Part shown: positions 57,311 to 64,000 of the stretch, piece after piece
How positions within the stretch are numbered: position 1 is the stretch's first letter
Layout: every line of letters starts with the position of its first letter
The notes under the pieces: model-generated
Seen by the model: the letters and a program-made list of their open reading frames with translations, nothing else
The model's database searches: none
Told to the model about the DNA's origin: nothing
Position numbers and translations under genes: made by a program
NCBI GenBank assembly: GCA_027604505.1
Contig: JADIIX010000061.1
Location: 1 to 64,000 of the forward strand
DNA: 64,000 nt
DNA from: Gonapodya sp. JEL0774
Lineage: Eukaryota
Reading direction: 5' to 3'

Positions 57311-58814
57311 ATGTCCAACGCAGACGGAAAATCGGCAGGAGATTCACCGCAGACACTGAATCCATCACCTCAGGGACTGACAGGAGAAAATGGCTTGATC
57401 TACTATCACGAATACATGCAGTCCATTCCGGAAAACACTGCACTTCCTCCATTGCCTCAAGAAGCTTTGATGGCGCCCCCAAATATGGCACCACCGCCAA
57501 CATATGAAGAAGCTATTCAGATTTCGAATCGAGGAGTCCCTCCGCCGGGAATGGATATGTCCAAGATCTCTCCGTCAGTTCCTTCACCTCAAGACGCAGG
57601 ATCTCCTAGCACTCCGACCAACAACGCTGTGATGCCACCACAAGGAGTAGGATTTACGTCTCAGCCACCGCCATATTACGATGTTTCTGTGGTCCCTAAA
57701 GGTGAGTTCCTGATCTCCAGTAGTTGTTTCTTTGATAAATCAACAGATTCCACTCTATTTGGAGGTTTCATCATGTTCCAGGGACAGCAGCCCACTTTTG
57801 CGGGTCCAAGTCTGGTGGAAATCGAGCACAACAGTGATGGGGTCCGTGTTACTCCGCCCACACGGGCGAGGGAAAGAACCTCACATAATCTCCCTTAACC
57901 CTTTGCCACCGTTTTAAAGGATGTAAAGACTTTCTCTCCACTCACCGCGACAAATGCAGAAGCCTTGTTTCACTTTTTCCTCACTTACGCAGACAGGCCA
58001 CTGGTTTTTGTACAGATCTGTGGCACACATACCGAGCACTACACGACGGTCGAGCATTACACGGATTCCAACGGACACCACCATACCCGGCATGTGCAAC
58101 ATACGCGAACGGTCACAGATTTTGACTTTCGAATGGTGAGTTGGCGGCTTATCTTCCCTGAATATAATATGTGAGCTGACTTTATGCAATGTCATAAGGA
58201 CGTTTCAAATTACTTTTCGCCTCAATGGTCGTCACTCGTTGCAGTTCAGAGCTCCCCGCAAGTGGCATCCAGAACGATTGAGGAGGTGTTGCAAGAATTC
58301 ACACAGTCGGAAAACAAACTCAAGGAAATTCATATGAGAAAACAAGCTCGATGGGACTACGATCAGTTGAGTCCCGCATTGGTGGCGGCAGTCCGGTCCA
58401 CGGGCTACATGGGACACGTTAGCGTGACATTCCCCACGAGCAGAGACAAGGTAACAATAACACTCGATTCTGATGCGTTTGCCAGATAATCAGATTATTG
58501 CGATGCATAGGTCAGCGCCAAGTCTCCAAATGCTCTTGCCCGGGCTGCAGATTCATGTCTTGTGAAAACATTATGTGTTCTTACATGCCTTTGCTTGATT
58601 TTTTGGCCAATCAAGGTCTGTGCTCCGTATTCTCTGCACTTCTCAATTCCCTGCTCATCTTCCGTCAATGAAGCTCATGTACAGGAAGAAGGTTGATGCC
58701 CTCGTACTTGAGTTTCTTCCTCTAGCTCCTGGAAGTGTCTTTTATCAACGCAACTACTTCAACATCATTAATTCCGTCTTCGCGCGTCTCTGTGGGACGA
58801 CCATCGCGTACTAA
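57311..58814 (+). CDS. Uncharacterised fungal protein, tandem paralog A (PPxY motifs, Cys-rich hydrophobic segment)
   Basis: Spliced core LFHFFLTYADRPLVFVQICGTHTEH...TVTDFDFRMD...ENKLKEIHMRKQARWDY...TGYMGHV...LVKTLCVLTCLCLIFWP; clear similarity to paralog B. Confidence 0.8.
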
Positions 58815-58964
58815 CCGAGTAGTATAAAACACAGATTTATCACTACCCTGCAATATATATGTAGTTCTTTCTATATGCATTTTCTCTTTTCTGATTTGTC
58901 TCATCAACAGCGTTCCAGCTGTGGCCTTGATGCATCCGATCATCACGCTCGGCGGAATGCAAAA

Positions 58965-60731
58965 ATGCAAACAGATTCCCCCGACACGGCCTTTGTACCA
59001 TCTCCAGTCTCTCCCGTCACTGCGCATCCTCTTGTCGCGTGGGTCGAAGCGCTCAATCCTATTGAACACGAATTCAAATCAACGAATTTCTGCCATTCAA
59101 ACGATTGAAGCTATCAAGCAGACCATGCTGATGTACATTATCCCGCACTCCCTCCGCCACCTCCGGAAGCATTTATGGCGCCACCGAATGTTCAGCAACC
59201 GCCATCGTACGAAAAAGCGATGCATATAGCGAACGCGCCCCCAACTCAGGATCCGCGGCAGGATCCGCTGCAAACTGCACCATTACCACCTAGTAATGTT
59301 GTCCAGCCCATGTTCGGCGGAAACGGGTCATACGTAGTCACTCTCCCAACCATCTCATTTGAGATGAGCCGGGTACCCCAACGTGAGAGACAGTTCATGA
59401 TATATGCTCTATCGGCACCAACGCTTGAACAGTGGACGGTCCGTTTGATAAGAATACGTTATGCTTTGGGACCAAAAGCCGAACTTTGATGGTCCAAGCA
59501 GAGTGGAAATCGAGCGCAGTGGTGACGCGGTGAGTAGCAGCACTGAAACGGGCGTAACGAACATCAATCGCCCCACAAACAAATCCTTGTTTGTCTTGTT
59601 ACAAGGATGTTCGAACTTACGACGTGCGAACTGCATTTGATCCTGACGAGCTATTGCATTACTTCCTGACGTGAGCTTCGATTGAAGTCAAACGGAAGGC
59701 TTGTTAACCCAGAGTCTCACTTCTTTCATTAATCATAACAGATACTCGGTAAGGGGCATTTATCCACAGTGTAACCACGATGGGATATTTGCTGAACTTC
59801 CTATGACTCTCAGGACAGACCGCAACTGTTTGTGAAGATGGAAGGCACTCACACAGGTTTGCTGAAGACTCTTGAGGACGTCTCAATTGGTTTAAAACAC
59901 TGTTTTCCTTTCAGAGCACTGGACTGAGTATGAAAGCTGTGCGTTGTTGCGCTGTGCTGGCAGTTTCTTCTTTCTTCAACATTTCTATCTCATACTCAAT
60001 AGACACTGACGGCCAAGGGAACCGTCACACACGACCAGTCCACAGGCAGCGCGTAGTCACGGATTTCAACATCAGTATGGATGCATCCAGCTACATTCAC
60101 CCGCAGTGGACCCACATGGCTGCAATCCAAGGCTACCACCAAAATAAGCCGTTCAACGTCCCCACCAAGACCATCCGGGAAGTTCTCACAGAGTACACAA
60201 ACAGTGACAATATTCTCAAAGAGATTCACTTGAGGAAGCAAATCCGGTGGGATTTCGATTCTCTTACACCAGCTCTAGTAGTCGCAGTCCGGAATGCGGG
60301 TTATGGGGGTCATATTAGGTATGTGTATGTGATGACCACCGAAACCGCGCCACAATCCCATCTATTTCGCATCCATACACAAGCGTTACCTATCCAACCA
60401 AAAACGATTCTGTGACGGCCAAAGCGCCAAACTTTGTCGCGAGAGCGACTGACAGCTGTCTTGTTAAGACTCTTTGTGTTGTGACATGTCTTTGCATATG
60501 TAGGTCTGACTATTTTCAAGCGATGAAGTTGTTTTGTTTCGTCGAAGTTGCCCCGTGCTTCACCGTAATTTAGGTTTCTGGCCGGCGTGGATCCTCTACC
60601 GCAAGAAGGTTGACGCGCTCATAATCGAGTTCCCTGCCGTCGCACCTGGCAGTGTTTTCTACCAACGAAATTATTACAATATTGTTGCAGCTGTCGCCCG
60701 GAGACAGTTTGGACAGATCGTGACTTATTGA
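58965..60731 (+). CDS. Uncharacterised fungal protein, tandem paralog B
   Basis: Spliced core LLHYFLTYSDRPQLFVKMEGTHTEHWTEYESYTDGQG...VVTDFNISMD...DNILKEIHLRKQIRWDF...LVKTLCVVTCLCICFWP...YRKKVDAL. The 5' end is inferred by alignment to paralog A. Confidence 0.8.
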
Positions 60732-60884
60732 ATTACATACACTGGTGTGGGGAATTGCCTTTCGGATCTACAATCAATTCATCAAACATAGCACTATGTC
60801 TCCATCGAACCAAGACCTCACGGTTATGTGGTTTGAAACATGAGACGCCATACAATACGAGTATTACTATCACATCAATACAGA

Positions 60885-62874
60885 TTAAAATGCGCCGATC
60901 CTCATGCTCTCGTCCCGCTTTGGCAGAATTGATGCCAATGACCCACTCGGAGCCAAAAGTCCTGACGCGAATGCAAGAGAAGGCGCTGGACCCTGTACGT
61001 CAATGGTCGGGGCCTGAGTCGCTACGTTATTGCGCCCAAGTACGACCATGGGTATGAATCCAACCATTCCTGTTCTCTTGTTGCTTCCTACAACACCGTG
61101 GATGAAGACCTCATTAGTTATGAGTTTCGGCGAGTAATTCACTGCGACAGTCACCTCGCGCCCAAGAGTCGGGTAAGACGCAATCGACGTAGACCTGATC
61201 ACCAACGGTGACGGAAAGTTCGTCGGGCTGCTGTGCGGTGTATGTCACTATCGCAACAAAGAGCTGTGGGGTGGGGGACCGTTTCTATAAGTACATGGGA
61301 CAATGGCAAATGAATCCAATCCCACCCACATCCTGCAACAATGTAACCGTCCCAATGGGCGCCCGCGCCACTTGAGATCCGGTTACAAGAGGCTGCTCCC
61401 CTCGAGACATCTCTGAAAATCCGCTCATGCTCCCTACAGATCCTCGTGACGGAGCCCTCTGTGAGGGGCCACGCGAAGGTGCTCGTTGCGACGGACCCCG
61501 CGAGGGCGCTCGCTGAGACTGACCCCGCGAAGGAGCACGCTGCGAAGGTGCTCGCTGTGATTGAGAATACCCATCTCGAACGGAGGGACCGTGGGAGAGG
61601 GTTTGAGGGGAGGAAGTTGCGAACGAGTACATGTCCGGGGGAGCACCGCTCGAGACAGAACCGTAATCGTACATGCCGTCCGGAGCGTGGGAAGGAAGGA
61701 TTTGGCCACCTGCGGTGACGAGGGTGACACTGTTGTCAAATGGTTGTGCAAACGGCTGAACAAAGCTTGCACCCATTGTATTGCGCCGTTGAGGGCCCGA
61801 AAATTGGGAGGATGGAGTAGACCTCATGGTGTTGTTCCGCTTCGGGGTGATGTCGCGGTCTTCGGATGTATCCCATCGTTTGCTGGGTTTCATGTCGTAG
61901 TCGCTGTAAGGTCCTTGGCGAGCACTTTGTCGTCTCCGGTAGAGAATTATCATCCCCGCAGCAGCGACGATAAAGGCACCGGCGCCAACGATGCCACCTA
62001 TCAAGGCAGTGTTCGAACCTGACTCAGGGGCGGCGTTTGCGGCAACGGTTGGAGAGGAGGACTTTGTGGTGGTCACTTTGCGGGATGTCGTACTCGCGGT
62101 CATGGTGCCATCAGTTGTTTGATCCATTGTGGAGGAGGTGTCTGTTGTCACTTCGGGAACGGGAGTTGGCGAGGCGACGGGAGCTGGTGCAGATGTCGGG
62201 GCGACGTCGGGCGGGGGTGGAGCCGCGGAAGTTGCAACAGCCTGTGAGCTCGTTGCCACTTGAGCTGGGGTTGTAGTCACAGCTGCCGCGGAGGAGGTCC
62301 GTTGTACTGAGGAGGATGATGCCGGCGAGGAAGTTGGGGAACGAGATGCGGTGGATCCGGATGTCACGACAGATGCTGAAGAGGTCGCAGTTGGGACATC
62401 AGAACTTCCAGTGGACATTGTACTGTTGGCATCCTGGCGGGCAACCAAGATATGCGCTGGTGGGTGACCTGACGGGTGAACATATTTCAGAAAAGGATCT
62501 GAGCCAGAAGTCCCCCAGAGAGAGATCCAAGGTAAACCAGGAGCAAAATATGAAAACGCTCCTGTGTTGGGTCTTTGAATCTGAAACAACTCATCCAGAC
62601 CTGCATCTCGTCCTTGAGGCCACCTCCAAAAAGAGATATACATCCAATATTCACGAGCGGGAAGACTGAACCCTCTCGAAATAAAAGACAAAGGGCCAAA
62701 AACGATGTCTTCGTTCCGAACTTGAACGACCATTGCCAACTCACCTTGGAAATCGATGCCCGTTTCCTCAGTGCCGCCCCACCATGATGCCTTCGCCCCT
62801 CCCAAGACTGACGCCAAGACTGCGAGCACCAGAATCCACAACGCTCTCTTTCGGAGCCGGTGTGCAGTCACCAT
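60885..62874 (-). CDS. Type I membrane protein with Ser/Thr-rich ectodomain and cytoplasmic SH3 domain
   Basis: Signal peptide, S/T-rich stalk and TM LIGGIVGAGAFIVAAAGMIILY-RRR. The spliced C-terminus FVAIVTYTAQQPDELSVTVGDQVYVDCVLPDSWAR|GSNKRTGMVGFIP is an SH3 domain. Confidence 0.85.
61441..61560 (-). repeat. 27-bp coding tandem repeat (SQRAPSRG[P/Q]) x about 4.5
   Basis: The translation reads SQRAP SQRAPSRGQ SQRAPSRGP SQRAPSRGP SQRAPSRG. Confidence 0.9.
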
Positions 62875-63789
62875 TTTCGTACGTTGGAGCCAAGCTCGTC
62901 AAATTCCCTGGAAACCCTTGCGGCCTCTGGCTGGATCTCAGTGCTCAGGATTACACCGTCGGGTAATCTGTTCACACACTTATCCATAATTAGAAACACA
63001 ACAAGCACCGCCAATCGTTTCATATATGTGGCATTTTTTCATTTCCATGTAAAGCTCTAATATTTTACAACCAAGTGGGCTCATTTCAGATACAATAGAA
63101 CTTCTCTTCTTGTTATAGAACTGACATTCCTTCTCAAACGCTTACACTCCCCCCATGAACACTACCTGACCTGCTACTGATAAATTTTCGGGTACGCATG
63201 CACAGTCATCTTATACTGGGACTGAGAAAATTGGAAAGCGGGGGTGTCCAGTCGTGCAAAGCTAGACCCGCCAACAACAAACGACAATCCCTTGAGTCTG
63301 CAAGCCCAAGAACGTTCAGTCAAACAAGACTACGAACGTCTACGCTAGGGAACATGAAAGCAAATGCACCTCTTCTCTATTTGTGCTCTCTCATCTCCAC
63401 AAGGACGGGATATCACTTCTTGCAGGTAACACATTGTGACCGGTTTCCTGATCTTTTGCGCTGCTCAAACTCCAATGGCAACCTGTGCTAATTGCCTCTT
63501 TTGCAGTTCTAGGTTGATTCGTCGTCCGGGAGCACTATGTATTCTGTTGTGGGGTTATGTGAAGGCAGGAGACTGCGAGAGCTGCTGATCAAGATCCGAT
63601 AGGACGCGCACGCATTTGAGTGCCCACCACCAATGTCTCATTGAACATTGGTGGTGTGTATTGACGCTTCGATATATACTTCCTATTTTAGTCAAACAAT
63701 CATCTGATAGACTTTCCACCCCGTTCTGATCACCATAAAAATACTGAAGTAGTTTCCATAATTCGAGTACGATTAACTTTTCTTCGCGA

Positions 63790-64000
63790 TTAGACTGCTG
63801 GGGACACTGTGAGCCTTTCCGATGAACCCTCGCCGGATTCGAACTTCTCAACGCGCTCCCTGTTCATAAGGAGCCAAAATCCGAAACCAGCCTTGGCCGA
63901 CACGTCCATGAGTGCGTACCTGAAAGGCAGAATGAAATGCGTTGAATGTCACATAATGGCACCCCGAAACGTTGACAATACTTACAAGCCAACTTCCAAC
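63790..64000 (-). CDS. Microbial (type-1) rhodopsin, last two exons (gene continues beyond the window)
   Basis: Exon 64000-63986, GTAAGT...TTTCAG intron 63985-63920 and exon 63919-63790 give LEVGLYALMDVSAKAGFGFWLLMNRERVEKFESGEGSSERLTVSPAV*. This matches bacteriorhodopsin helix G (IETLLFMVLDVSAKVGFGLILL). Confidence 0.85.

Noticed and set aside
63555..63851. 98-aa minus-strand ORF in the track
   Set aside because: It overlaps the rhodopsin last exon in another frame and runs into its probable 3' UTR; no motif.

Overview
Eukaryotic, gene-dense, intron-rich fungal DNA. Short GT-AG introns, fungal-type Pkc1/Sec9/Rmd1/Apa1 genes, an RNF32 homolog and a TKL kinase-SEL1 gene suggest an early-diverging zoosporic fungus (chytrid or monoblepharid); this is an inference. 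I reconstructed about 24 spliced genes by hand: RRP6 (5'-partial), HEM14/PPOX, DCAF4-like, TKL kinase with 10 SEL1 repeats, a PB1-LIR-UBA p62-like receptor, ATM/TEL1, bL36m with a long tail, RNF32, MAPEG, FAX/metaxin-like GST, PKC1, APA1/2, a type I membrane protein, a TRIC-like channel, SEC9, a compact formin, an SH3-like orphan, RMD1, an F-box protein, a GPI-anchored GDSL esterase, a tandem pair of uncharacterised PPxY proteins and a TM-SH3 sensor. At the far 3' edge, absent from the ORF track, are the last exons of a microbial (type-1) rhodopsin (LEVGLYALMDVSAKAGFGFWLL). The most notable signals are this rhodopsin, the kinase-SEL1 array with hypervariable positions, the p62-like receptor, and a tandem paralog pair with almost entirely different intron positions, including a 7-nt micro-exon. 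I saw no rRNA, tRNA, CRISPR array or clear transposon. All gene models come from motif recognition and splice logic only; no searches were run.
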